Part shown: positions 34,707 through 46,420 of the stretch, in pieces | How the letters are laid out: each line of letters begins with the position of its first letter | How positions within the stretch are numbered: the first letter of the stretch is position 1 | The notes under the pieces: model-generated | Database searches by the model: none | Told to the model about the DNA's origin: nothing | The model's input: the letters and a program-made list of their open reading frames with translations, nothing else | Assembly (NCBI GenBank): GCA_013265495.1 | Contig: MU063211.1 | Location: 217,058-281,057 of the forward strand | From: Vicugna vicugna | Taxonomy: Eukaryota | Reading direction: 5' to 3' | Length of the DNA stretch: 64,000 nt | Program-made: the position numbers and the translations under genes

Positions 34707-36384
34707 GTGGTGCACCCTGAGGGGATTCAGATGGAGGAAAAAAAATAACACGGGACACTGGCCCTAGGGAGTTAAGGTGCAGGTCAAAGGAATGACCTCG
34801 TTAAGCCCGGACCCTGGCGTCTTCCCGTGCACAGAGAAGTGCTAAATCCATCGACCTGAGGCATCTGGTGTTCTCTAATTAGCAGTAATATTTTGATGTT
34901 CCGACTACCTGGGTTTTTTTGCGAACACTCCAGTATGTCCTGGCTCCCCCCTTACCTTTTTGGAATAGTCCCTTCGCAGTTGCCAAAACTGTTGACTGAA
35001 AAAAAAAAGCACAGCGTCAAAGCTGAGAATTCTGTCCTACTCAGGACTGAGCCGGGAACAGCCCCTCAGGCCTGTCTGCGCACCCGCTGGGCTCACTGGA
35101 GGCTTGACCCTGCGACACAGCCGCTCAGATAGCGCCGTGACCCACGATCGCGTGTGCGTTACAGGGCACCGGTGCTCGCTGCCTGGATCAGCCAGGACAG
35201 TCTGACAGAGTCCCAGTCGCTTCAGATAACAAGGGTTTAGGGTTCAGTTACACGCATGGACGTGTGGGTCAGCCCCAGGCCCTGCTCAGGCCGAGCACCC
35301 CCGGGGGGGAGCGTTCTGGTCCCAGAGGCGGAGGAGGCCGGCACTCGGGGGTCCTGCGCCTGCTATTAAATGCTCAGCCCGGAGCGCCACACCCCCTTCT
35401 GCTCAGAGCTGTCACACGGCTCGACCCCCCTCAGGGACCCAGGAGTGCCGTCCAAGGTGGCTGGAGGGGGGCTGCCGTGGTGACACCCGCGGTGGTGTGT
35501 CCCCACAACAGCCTGCGCCCCCACACCGGGACTGCAGCCCCTGGAGCTGGCAAGCCCTGCAGGCAGGGGCCCCCTGCGTGCCGGGTCCAGGCGCTCAGTG
35601 TTTGCTCGCTTAATAAATCAGTTCACTTGGAAAGCAGGATGCTCCAGGTTCTTCACAGGCACGACTCCCAGAGAGGCTCTCCGTCAGGATTTGGGGGGCA
35701 GACCCCGAAGTGCGATCACATTCACTCCGGAAGCTGCCAGCCCAGCTCACGGGGCACTAAGAGCAGAACCCCCGTCCGGGTGATGCACCCCCGCCCCTCT
35801 CGGAGCAAGGGGGCTCCTGCTGGCCCCGCGCCGTCCTCCTCCTCCTCCCCCCGTTCCTCCGTGACGGCCAAGGGGAGAGGTCGGGGAAGCATCTCTGAGA
35901 CGGCTGATGGGGAAAGGCAGGGACCGTGGTGACCTGCCTTCCCCGGTCCTCACTGTGTCCCCAGCCGCCAGCCCTGGCTCTCCTGTCACGCTGGCCCTCC
36001 TGTTCCTCCTGTCCTGTCACCCGCCCCTGCTCCTGTTGGTGGCTGACAGAAAATGACCTTGGGAGCACAGACGTGGCGACCCAGGCACAGCCTGGTGTGA
36101 GTCCAAGCTCCGGCTGGAGCTGCAGCCTGCGTGTCTGTTCCGGGTAACTGTTCTGTACAACGCGGCCGGAGAAACCCAAGCCTCCCCGGGCTCTGCGGCG
36201 CCCAGCTGCGTGCCCGGGCTGCTCCGCGCCCTCTGGGCCTGTTTCCTCCTCTGCAAAGGGTCCTGACGTAAGTGACCCCTGGGACGTGGAGGGTTGGAGG
36301 CGTCAGTCTGACATGGGGAGGTTGGGCCAGGCTTGCAGGGAGTCCCTGCTCCACAGCCCACACCCCCGCTGTAGGGGAGGGGGG

Positions 36385-36585
36385 ACGTCCTGGGCTCAAA
36401 TCCCTGCCCCTCCGTCCACCAGCTGGGATGCAGGCAAGTCTCATCACCAGCCTGAGCCTCTTCTCCGCTTCTGTGAGGTGGGAATGGCAGTCCCAGCCTG
36501 CCTCGTGGGGCTGTTGAGTGGCTTCCAGGAGGTGAGGGCTGTAAGATTTCCAGCTCTACGTGAGCACCTGGAAGAGATGCAGTGA
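36385..36585 (+). mobile_element. MIR SINE
   Basis: tcctgggctcaaatccctgcccc...gcaagtctcatcaccagcctgagcctcttctccgcttctgtgaggtgggaatgg...gtgagcacctggaagagatgcag follows MIR order. Confidence 0.55.
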
Positions 36586-36697
36586 TTGTCAGTGGGGAGG
36601 CTTCGCTAACTGCCCAGTAAAACGTGTCCTCAGTTGATTTCACATTCAGCATCCTGCTCAGGTGCAGAGGGCCCAGGGCAGGGCTCGTGGGCTGTCT

Positions 36698-36701
36698 CGT
36701 A

Positions 36702-36740
<39 letters not shown>
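36698..36740. repeat. (CA)n microsatellite
   Basis: Perfect (AC)n run flanked by cgtacgt and gtgc. Confidence 0.95.
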
Positions 36741-38544
36741 CCTTTCTTTCACACCGGGGAGGGAGGGGCTGGTGCACCATCTCGTATCCACACGAGGGGA
36801 TAGGACTCACGGTGGGGGGTGCTAGTTCTAAAAGCAGATTCCTGCCTCTGACCCCCAGGGGCCCTGACTGAGAGTCTGCCGGGCCCAGGATTCCCAACAG
36901 CCTCCCGGGTGACCCTGATACACACAGTTCCTGTTGAACGTATCAAGATTTCTCCTGAAATTCCAGACCAAAGGTCGGGTCTGCTGTTTCCTCCTCGACG
37001 CCACGCTGAACTGCCCCGCCCAGAGCTGAACTGCCCGTCTCATCCTCTGAAAAGAACCGGCACAGGTAACTGGCAGTTCAGTCTTAACTCTCACTTCCCG
37101 AGGCTTCGTCACGCGCAGACCAAGAGACGTGGCTTAAGTACGTTCTCCCATTAAAGGTTCAGTGAGGTGGGGCGCCCGATGGGGGCGGCGTTACGTTCTG
37201 CGTCACCAAAGACTGACCTCGGTGGCTCATCCACTTGCAGATTCTCTCCTTCCCCACCTAACATATAAATCCAGAGATCTGCCCTCAGCGCCTCAGTGAC
37301 ATCAGGGACCCATTCTCAGCCCCTAGGTCACAAAATGGTTGCAGCAGCCCCGGGCATCGTTCACACTGAGGGTGGGGGAAGGGAGAAGGGAGAAAGGCAA
37401 AAGTGATCAGCAGCTGAATCGGCCTCCTTTGCTCAAGAAAACAGTGGCTTTTCTAGGAGCCCCACCCACCAGACTTGAGCTTACATACATCTCCACCAGA
37501 ACTGGGTCTCGGGGGCCAGCCTAGCCCTGGGGTGTGCAGCTGGGGATATCGCGTTGCTGTGCCAAACAAACAAACTGTTCCTAAGGCGGGAGGGGAGGGT
37601 AGAAGCTGAGGAGGAAGGATACAGTGCTGGCCCCTGGGGGCGCCTTCATCCTCCCGAGACAGGATGGAACTCGGACCAGAAGGCCTGAGGGAGGCATTCA
37701 GTCCTGGTGAAGCAGTTCAGAGCCCGGAGCATGCGTTGGGAAGCTGGTAAGGAGCCCCGACTCCCGCAGCTCCTTCTCTGGTTACTGCAGAGGTGCCACT
37801 GGTCCTGGTCCTTTCTGAGCACGCCCTCGGTGGCGAGGCGGCGCCTACGGGGCCCTCGGTGCAGAGCCCGCACGTAGCCTTCGGTGGATTGCGTTCGCTC
37901 ACATCACCGCGGTGCTCCTTTACTTTCCGGCTGAGCTCCGCGGCAGAGACCGGGGCCCCAGGCGCAGCGCGCCCCACACGCCGGGCGGGCTCTCCCTGCC
38001 CATCCTGGGAAAACACTGGGCTCTTCATTCCTTGGAAATGACCGGCTTTGGTCTTCCGCCAGCTGCCTTGGAGGCGCAAAAACTGACTAAAAAGAGCACC
38101 CCGGGCCCTAGGACAGGCGAGCTGTGTCCATCCCGGGTCCCAGGGGCTCTGACTGAGGGTGTGGCACGTCCTCCCCTGCGGAGCCCCGTCTGGCAGCCCG
38201 GCGGCCACCAAGCGCGAGGCCCAGGACAGCTCCCACGGCCCCCCGGGCCTCGGACGGAGCTCGGGACCGGCCTCCCGCGGCAGCGGCAACACGAGGGGTG
38301 GCCTGCAGTCTGCCGGAGCGAGGACTGGACCTTCCAGGCTCTGACCTCGGCCCCCACCTCGAAGGACAGCGACTTCTAGGAAGGACTCTCAGAGGGCTCC
38401 GCTCAAACCCCGTTCCAAGCCCATTCGAGGGTTTGAGATGAGGGGAGGGCTGGCTCTTCCCCAAGGGGGGGATGTTCCCTCCCTCCCTCCCTGCCTCCTT
38501 CCCTTCCTTCCTTCCTCTGTTCCTTCCTCAAGGCTGCAGCGCCG

Positions 38545-38605
38545 ATGGGTGGCAGAGCCAGGGTCCAGACCCGGAACCTTCTGACAGCGAAGTCTGAACT
38601 CATAT
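38545..38605 (-). mobile_element. MIR SINE fragment
   Basis: ggtggcagagccagggtccagacccggaaccttctgacagcgaagtctgaactc resembles reverse-strand MIR. Confidence 0.5.
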
Positions 38606-41600
38606 CCATCTTGTGTAATACGCTTGTTTTTCAGTTCCAAGGTAGTAATTGGAAAATGCAGAACAATAAAAATAAGACCAGCCAGATTCTCCCTCTCCCT
38701 TTCTTTCACACACACGCACGCACATGCACACACACCCCTCACAACTGAATGAGAGGCGCTTTGCCCAGCAGTGCGCCAGTGTATCAGCACAGCCTGGAGG
38801 GCAGGCCGGGGCCGGGGCCGGGCAGCTTTGTTCGTGGCCCCCGAGTCCCTCTGAGAGCTGCCCGCCAAGCCTGCAGGGCTGTGGGTGTGGCCGTTTCTTC
38901 CAAGTCCGACCCCCAGGCCGGTGGGTGAAGGGCAGCGTGTCCTCCGGGGAAACAGTCCCCCTCTAGAGGAGGGTGCGTCTGAGCTGGGGGTGTGACGGGA
39001 GCAGGGGTTTCGGTGGGCCTCAGACAGCTCTGCGTGGAGAACTGGGGTGTAAGTGGGGAAACTGGAGGCCAGTTAGCTCCTCCCGGCCCCAGGCTGCAGG
39101 TGCCCGGAGCGCCATGAAGCAGGTGGGAGGCCTCCCGGGATGGGAGTAGCAGGTGTGTCTCCACGCAGCCGGGAAGAGGTGGAGTCCCTTCGCGCCCTGG
39201 AAACTTCAGTTCCTCCTGTACATTCAGCCAAGGAGACCAGAGCCTGGGGACAGGAGGACGCCAGCCCACAGGCAGGGCTCCCCCAGGAGCTCTGGGCTCT
39301 GTCTTCATAAGGCATCCCCTGCACCTGCCCACCCTGGGAGGGGCGAAGTGGTCCAGGCTCGCCGCAACTTTGCTCCAGACGTCCTTGAGCATCCAGATGT
39401 CTGCAAGGAGCTTGTCCTGACCTCCCAGCGCGGAAGGCCGGTCTCTCTCCCGCTGAGAAACACATTCACCAGCACGATGGTGCACGGAAACCCACTAGCC
39501 ACCCACAAAGCCCTCGAATGCCAACCCCAGCGGAGGGGCGGGGCTCCGCCAAGCCCGTGCCACCGAGCTCTGTGAACGACAGGCTGTCTGGCTGGCAGCC
39601 TCCCTGTGCCCTGAGCCCAGGGCAGCGGCCCGGGCGCACTTGCCTTTCAGCAAGCTCATTTTAGTGCATGGCCTGGGGGGCCCAGAGAGGATCCCCCTCC
39701 AGGGTCGGCGCTGGTGCCGCAGCAGGCGAGGCGGGTCTCTGGGGAGGTGGGTGGGAAGGGAGGAAGGGGCCTGCGGGCAGCTCCAGGCCCTACTCCCCCC
39801 CCCCACACCTGCGCAGGCCCATCTCCAGCAAACTGGGGTGATGCCAACAGCCTCCGGGCTTGCGTCGGGCAGGGTTTCAGGCCAGAGGGAGAAAGACACG
39901 TGGAAGATGCAAACCAACATCGGCTTGGCTGGCACGGGATGGGCAGGGGAGGGGCTGCGGCTGGTGGGGTGCCTCTCGACGCCCCGTGGGGGCGGGGGTG
40001 CTGAGAGGAGGTGCATGCCCAAGGGGTGCGCGGCGGAGCCGTGGGGAGCAGCTCAGGGCAGCGAGGCCTGGAGGGCAGGGGCCCACGGGGCTGCATGGGA
40101 ACCTGACGCCAACTCTGGCCGGCTCCCGGGGCCGTGCCGCCCGGGCCCAGCTGCGCTTCTCCATGTGGGGGTCCGGGCTGGCACCCCTCAGTGTTCCGTG
40201 GAGCCTGGGCCTCTCCGGAGGGTCTGCAAAGAGTGAGGGGGAACCAGTGCGCACAAGTCATTCCCCCTGCACTCGGGGCTGTGAACGAGCTAACAAGGCA
40301 GGGAGAGCAGAGGGCGTCTCCCAGGTGGAACTGAGAGCCGGGCCTCCTCCTCGCCCTTCCAGCGATGCCCCGGTGGAGTGAGGTACCGCCAGCCCGGCGG
40401 AGCACAGCTGCCATCCCGGGAGGGGCCATTGTTCCTTCTCGGCCCCAGGAACCTGGCCGAAGAGCAGAGGGAGGCCCAGGCTGCTCCTTCCCCTGGGCCA
40501 CGTTGGCTTCCTTCACCCGGCTCCCCCCAGGGCCTCTGAGGTCTGGGGTAGGTGGTCAGGCCATTGTCACTGCCGAGGAACCACGAAGGGGGCGCTGGGA
40601 GCTGCCGGGAAGGACCCATGGGCTGGGGGCATCCCTGCGTTGTGCCCGCCGCCTTCCCAGGCCCGCCTGCGACGCCGCAGCGGCGGCTGTAAATCACATG
40701 GCCGGGCATTTGTTCCCAAGGCGGGAGGCCCTATTTGTCGTTGCTAACAGATTTCCTCGGGAGGGGATGTGCGCAGCCGTCTATAAATTCAGAAGGTGGC
40801 GGAGATGAACACCTGTGTCGTGGGCTCGGCCCAGGGGGAGACGGATCTCCCGCGCGCCGCTCAGAGGCAGCTCATTTGTTTGGAGGCCCAGGCGGGGAGG
40901 GGGGACAGAGGCCCGAGCCTCCCGTTTGTCTGGTGACGCCACAAAAGCTCCCTCGCCCGCCGCAGCACAGGGGTCTGGGCCACCCTCCCCCGTGGACTCC
41001 GTGAGCCCAGGCGGACACGGACGGGAAGGACCCCGGGGCGGGGTGGGAGCAGGTGGATGAGCGGGCGGGGAGCCAGGGGGCAGCAGCTGAGGGGCCCGGG
41101 GCTGAGGACCCTGGTTCTGTTTGCAGCTGCTCGGCCTGGAGCTAAAGAGCCAGAACACGGCAGGACACCGGGCAGAGACGGCGGGGGCGCAGATCAGGGC
41201 TCTGCACACTTCCCTCCCGCGGCCCAGCCGCTGTGGGAGGACACTTTCCCCGGGCATCATGGCGCCTTTGGCCCATGGAACGTGGGCCCAGGTGACAGGC
41301 GGCGGGGGCAGGCACGGGTCCTAAGGGGCCTCCACGTTCCATCTGTCCTGCGGAGAGTCAGCCCCCACGCCCCAGCCAGCTCTGCCCCTCCTGCTGGTCC
41401 GAGTGAGGCCCACGGCGCCAGCCCGCAGGTGGAGGCAGGAGCCAGAGGCAGACGCGGAGGTCGTGAGACAGGCTTATTGGCTACGTGGCAGAATCTGGCA
41501 AAGGAAGGGGAGGAGGAGCCGCCTGCCCGGGCAGCCCTCTCTGTCGCCTGGGACGACAGCTGCGTGGACTACCGGCGCCCTTCCAGCTCGCCCCTTCCCC

Positions 41601-41984
41601 GGGGGACCTCCAGGCTCTCAGCCCAGAGGCTGGGCGCAGCCTGGGGGGGCCGTTTGCCTTCTGAACTCCGGCAGGGATAGGAGGGGCTGTCATTTCCAAG
41701 GCCCGCCCTGCCCGCCCCCAAGTGGGAGGAAGTGCCAACCTGCTTGTTTCCCTGGGATTCATTTGGCAGCTGCTGTGCCCCAGGTCCTGATCCCTGCTTC
41801 CAGGAACACGTGGGCTGGAGGGGGCGCTGGGGGGAGACCCATCAAACCCCAGCTCCTCCAAAAGGAGAGTCCTGGGCTGCGCCGCCCCCGCCCAGGAAGC
41901 CGGCGTGGAGAAGCCAGAACCCTGCCCCGTGCATTTCCCACACACTCCGCCCCTCCCTTCTGGCCTCAAACCCGCCTTGCTGGC

Positions 41985-42237
41985 CTGCACCTCAGGGCCT
42001 TGCACACACTGTCCCTCTGCCCACAGCACATTCTCCCAGAGACACGGCGCCTGACCACCCCACCTGAGTTGTCCCCGAGCCACCTGAGTCACCGGGTTTC
42101 CTGGTGACAGTTTCTCTCCCGATGGGCGTGGGAGCAGAGGCCTCGCCAGGCTTGTCACAGCTGGCCCCAAACTCCTGCCTGGGACGCCGGGCAGAGGTGC
42201 GCTGGATAAATGATGAATGAACGAATGAGTGAACGGA
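41985..42237 (+). mobile_element. L2 LINE 3' region
   Basis: cctcagggccttgcacacactgtccctctgccc..., ending in ataaatgatgaatgaacgaatgagtgaa (L2 TGAA tail). Confidence 0.65.
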
Positions 42238-45200
42238 GGTGATCTGCAGCTGACTTGACGGGGCCCCTGCTCAGAGCGACCCCTGGCTGGGACAGTCTGA
42301 TGACCCGTCCCTCGGGGTCTCCCAGGGCCTCTCACGTTCTAGCTTGAACCTCCTTTTCCAGACGTAGCCCCCCAGCCTCACGTGACCCTGATGGCCCACA
42401 CTGGACACTCGACATGCCCAGTGAACGTCCACCTCCCCCGGGAGCCCGGGCCCCGCCCCCGGATGGGGAAGCCTGCGGGGCTGAGAGGACGTGGAGCACG
42501 GGGTCACAGCGGGCACAGCTCCGCCCCTCCCACCCCGGGAAGGCCCCCAAGCCTCGGCCTGCTCGGCCGGAAGATGGAACGGCGCCCTCTCGGTGGGAGG
42601 ACCATCTGAGAAGCTGCACCAAGGCCGGGTCACCCCAGATGGGGATGCGCTCCTCTGATGGGTGCCCGGGCCCCCAGGCAGCCCGGCCTCCTGCAGCCCC
42701 GACCCGGCCCGGATATGCCTCCAGGACCTGCCTCCTCCCCTTCCTCCTCCTAACACTGTCGTCAGTGGACCAGCATTGGATGTTCGTTCTCCTCGATCCT
42801 CACAGCACAGGGACACAATGCGGTGAGCACACGGAGGCCTGAGCTCACACCCTAAGTCCTTGCTACTTGGTGCGCAGCTCGTGGCCCAGCAGAGCCGCAT
42901 TAACACACCCCAGGGATTTGCGTGCGTGCGTGTGGGCCAAAGCTGGGAGCACACCCTCAGCGTGGCGGGACTGGGCGTCGGTTGGCAGATCCTCGGATGC
43001 TTAGAGCTCTGAGCCCTCTGCTCAGCGTCCATCTCACGGCTCACCCGTGGCTCTCGCGTCCCCACCGAGGGGTTCACACGGCCGACTGCTCGGCGTATGA
43101 CACTCTTTCCCCATCTCTGGCCTGGGAGCCCCTCCATCACCTTCGTCCATGCCCTCCCCCGACCCTGGCAAGGCCAGCCCAGCAGGGTGAACTCAGAAAG
43201 GCCCCGCAGGCCTGGCCATGGGCTGTGAGAGAGGGGGATGGCCCCGGGCCCCGGGCCCCGGGCTCCGGGCCCCACGCCTGCGCCCTAGCCGCATGCGCCC
43301 ACGGGGCCCCGTGCTTGATGACTTCTCCCCGCCTGCGCGGGCGCGGGCGCGGGCGGGTGATGTGACTTGAGGATTAGCAGCGTTGACAAGCTAAACCCTC
43401 GCTAACATGCTAATTAGCGGTTTCACGTGGCTGCTAATGGGCCCTTCAGGATGTCACAGTACGCGCTCCCCGGGGAGGGCGGGGAGGCACCTGCCGGGAG
43501 TCCACCCCGGGCCGAGTGGCCTTTGCCGCGGGGCACGGGGCCCCTGCAGGTCTTCTCAGCCGAGGGGTGGGGGGGAAGGCAGAGAAGTGCCACGGTCCCC
43601 GCGGGAGAGCCCCCGGCTCCTCCAGGCCCCAGAAACCGCAGGACCAGAAGCAAAGCTCGTTCCTCGATGCCTTAGAAACGCACAAGGGAAATCCGGGCGC
43701 CGAAGCTGGGGCGGGGGGACTATTTCCAGCTAAACCCGCATCTCTGGAAGTTCTGGTGCTTTCTGGAAGGGGTCTGGTCGCAGAGGGAGCAGGGTTGTGC
43801 GTGGAGCGGAGACGGCTGAGCTGCCCGCTCATTCGCTTGTTCTCTCCACGTGGGACCCGCCGGGGGGGGACAGGCTGCCCGCGGGGGCTCATGCCTGGGG
43901 AGGGCTGCAGCGGGGGGAGAGCGGCTGATGTCAAGACGGACAGAAGCAAGTAAACCAGGGACCCCAGCTGTGCAGGTGCCACAAAGAGGGCGAAACCGGT
44001 GGCTGACAGCGTGAGGGGCTGAGACGCGCTCCCGCAGGGGCACGGCGGTCCCTCCGCTGGCCCCACCTGCCAGGGGCCCAGGGTGTGGCTGGTGGGCCAG
44101 GTACCAGCCCCACCCCACTCCAGCCCTCGGGGCAGGACGAGGCCCAGCAGGTGACACGGAATCCAGGAGCACCCCCGAGGCCGAGCTCGCCGTCCGCAGA
44201 CCGAGGAGCCGCGGTGCCTGGGCGCGGGAGGGGTTCTCCGCGGTGAGTCGTCCGGCCGCAGGCGTTGTCACCGCATTCCTGCCTCCTGCCTCCTGCCCCA
44301 GCCCCCGCGAGTGGGAGAACCTTGCCCCGCCTGACAGAGCGTGGGTCCTAACTCAGCCCAGAGAAACGGCCTGTGGGAGAACATGGTCCTTAAAAACCAG
44401 AGAAACGGTGAAACTGGAGTCACCAGTGGAGTTTCCGTCAGTTTCCCTCCTTCAGGAACAGAGCCGGATTCGGGAAGTTTTGCAGAGCAGCCAGAGAGCA
44501 GAGGTGTTGGCCGACGAAGCCCGGGGGCCGTCAGATGCAGGGAGCAGAACCCCGGCGGCTCTGTGCTCCCCCAGCCCTGCTAACAGGTGTCCTTAATTCC
44601 AAGCCTCGGTGCCAGTCAGAACTGGGAGAAGCGCAGGCTTTCATGCGTTTAATGCAGCAAATGACCACTGTGACACGTGTGACAGTGACCCAGGACACCT
44701 AAGGTTGGAGCCAAGGGAGCCGTGGACGTGAGTTTGCCTCTGACCGTCATGGACAGCGAATAGAGGAACGAGAATCTTCTTGTGGGCTTGGAAGTAAGTG
44801 GCTTTACTTGTCCAGAAGGAGAGAAATCGCCCGTCGCCTGTCACTCTGAGAGGCCACAGCCCTGATCAGGTCTGAGGCTGCGGCCCAGCCGGGCCAAGGC
44901 CCCCGCGCGCCCCCTCGGGTGCAGGCTGGGAAGAGGCGAGGGGTGCGTGTCACCCAGATTACGATGCTGTCGACATCAAGACCTACGGCAGGAGCGGGAC
45001 CGACAGCCGCGGAGCCGAGGGCTGAGCCCCCAGGAAGGCAGCACCTGCTCCTCCCCTCCCCCACCAGGCAGCACGCTGACCCCACGCAGGGGTCACATTG
45101 CTAAGCCCTCCCCCTTGACGTGGAGCTGGCCCCGTCCCGGTGAGACTCAGAACTCACGGGCAACCGCTGTAGGAAGCGACGTGCTCTCGCCCTTCCTAGA

Positions 45201-45404
45201 TGAGAAGGGGACCTAAGGACAAGGGGCGGCTCCCGGCAACAATGCTGTGACCAGGAGGGCAGCCGGCCCAGGGACGGAGCCAACACACGGAGAAGGCAGA
45301 GCCAGGAGGAACGCAGAGGAGCAAGGTCAATCACACGGTGCCCAGGACCCAGAAGCCCCTGGGAGCCTCAGTTAGAAGACGAAATAAACTCACTCATTTG
45401 TGAG

Positions 45405-45510
45405 ACGGTCTTATGACCTGGGAGCTATTTGATTTCCCGTTTTACAGGGAGTGTAAGCAGCGCCAGTGGTCACGGAGGAGCCAGGATTTGGATGCAAGTC
45501 TCCTTGGTGC
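45405..45510 (-). mobile_element. MIR SINE fragment
   Basis: tatgacctgggagctatttgatttcccgttttacaggg...gagccaggatttggatgcaagtct. Confidence 0.55.
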
Positions 45511-46283
45511 CGCGTTCCCACTCTGACACACACACTGTTCTGCCTCGGGTTTGGGAGCCAAAGCAGACCTTGGGGAGGGGAGGCCAGTGAGCGAGGCTGA
45601 CGGTGGGCGTGAGCCAGGCCGCCCCCACTTCTCAGCAGGGAAAGGGAAAGACTCTGGTGGCTGACTGGAAGCCGCCTGGGCCTGGCCCCGGCTGCCGATC
45701 ACAGTGGTGAGGCCCCCCGTGCACCACGCGCACCTCGGGGAGACGGTCGTCCAGCACCTTGCACTGACGGGGCTGCGGTGGGACTGCACGGCCGGCTGCA
45801 GATGCACCTGCTTCGTTGTTCCCACAGAAATGCACAAAACTAGTCCATCTGGGGAACGGAGCCAGCCTCCACACGGAGCGTGGGGGAGCTGGGCGAGGAA
45901 GGCTCTCAGCTTGCGGCCGCGCAGCTCCTCAGGGCCGCTCTGTGAAAGGAGCCCTTGGAAGAAACAGGCAGCATTTAGAAAGGACGTGGGGGGAGCCGAC
46001 GGAACAGCCGAGTCCACGCTCAGCCTCCGCGAGCTCCTGCTCACGTCTCGGACCCCGAGGACGTGCCGCGGTGCCGTGACCACGGAGGCCCCACTTCTGC
46101 GGCTGGAAACCCTGCTTCAGGATCGAGAGGAGCCCAGAGCCAGCTGTCCTAGGCCCTGACCTCGGGCGGGCCCCCGCTGCTCCGGGCGGGCATCCTCCCA
46201 GGCACGCAGACCCCTCGTGGGGGCCTCGGACCTCACTGCCATCCGTGCCCCCAGCGGCAGGAGTGCGACAACACTTCCCCGCC

Positions 46284-46420
46284 GGGGGAGGCGCAGCTCA
46301 GCGGTAGAGTGGGTGCCGGGCACCAGAACCCCCAGGGCCGCCATTAAAATAATAACAATAAGTAAATAAGCTTAATCCCCCCCCACAAAAAAAAAACAAA
46401 AACAAGCAAACGAGAAAAGA
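46284..46420 (+). mobile_element. tRNA-derived SINE (same family) with internal deletion of the B-box segment, full tail
   Basis: gggggaggcgcagctcagcggtagagtgggtgccgggcac...ccattaaaataataacaataagtaaataagcttaatcccccccca + poly(A). Possible decayed target-site duplication: cttccccgc before, cttccctgc after. Confidence 0.8.

Noticed and set aside
38804-38822. About three GGCCGG (GGGGCC-type) hexamers
   Set aside because: Too short, intergenic and expected in this base composition.
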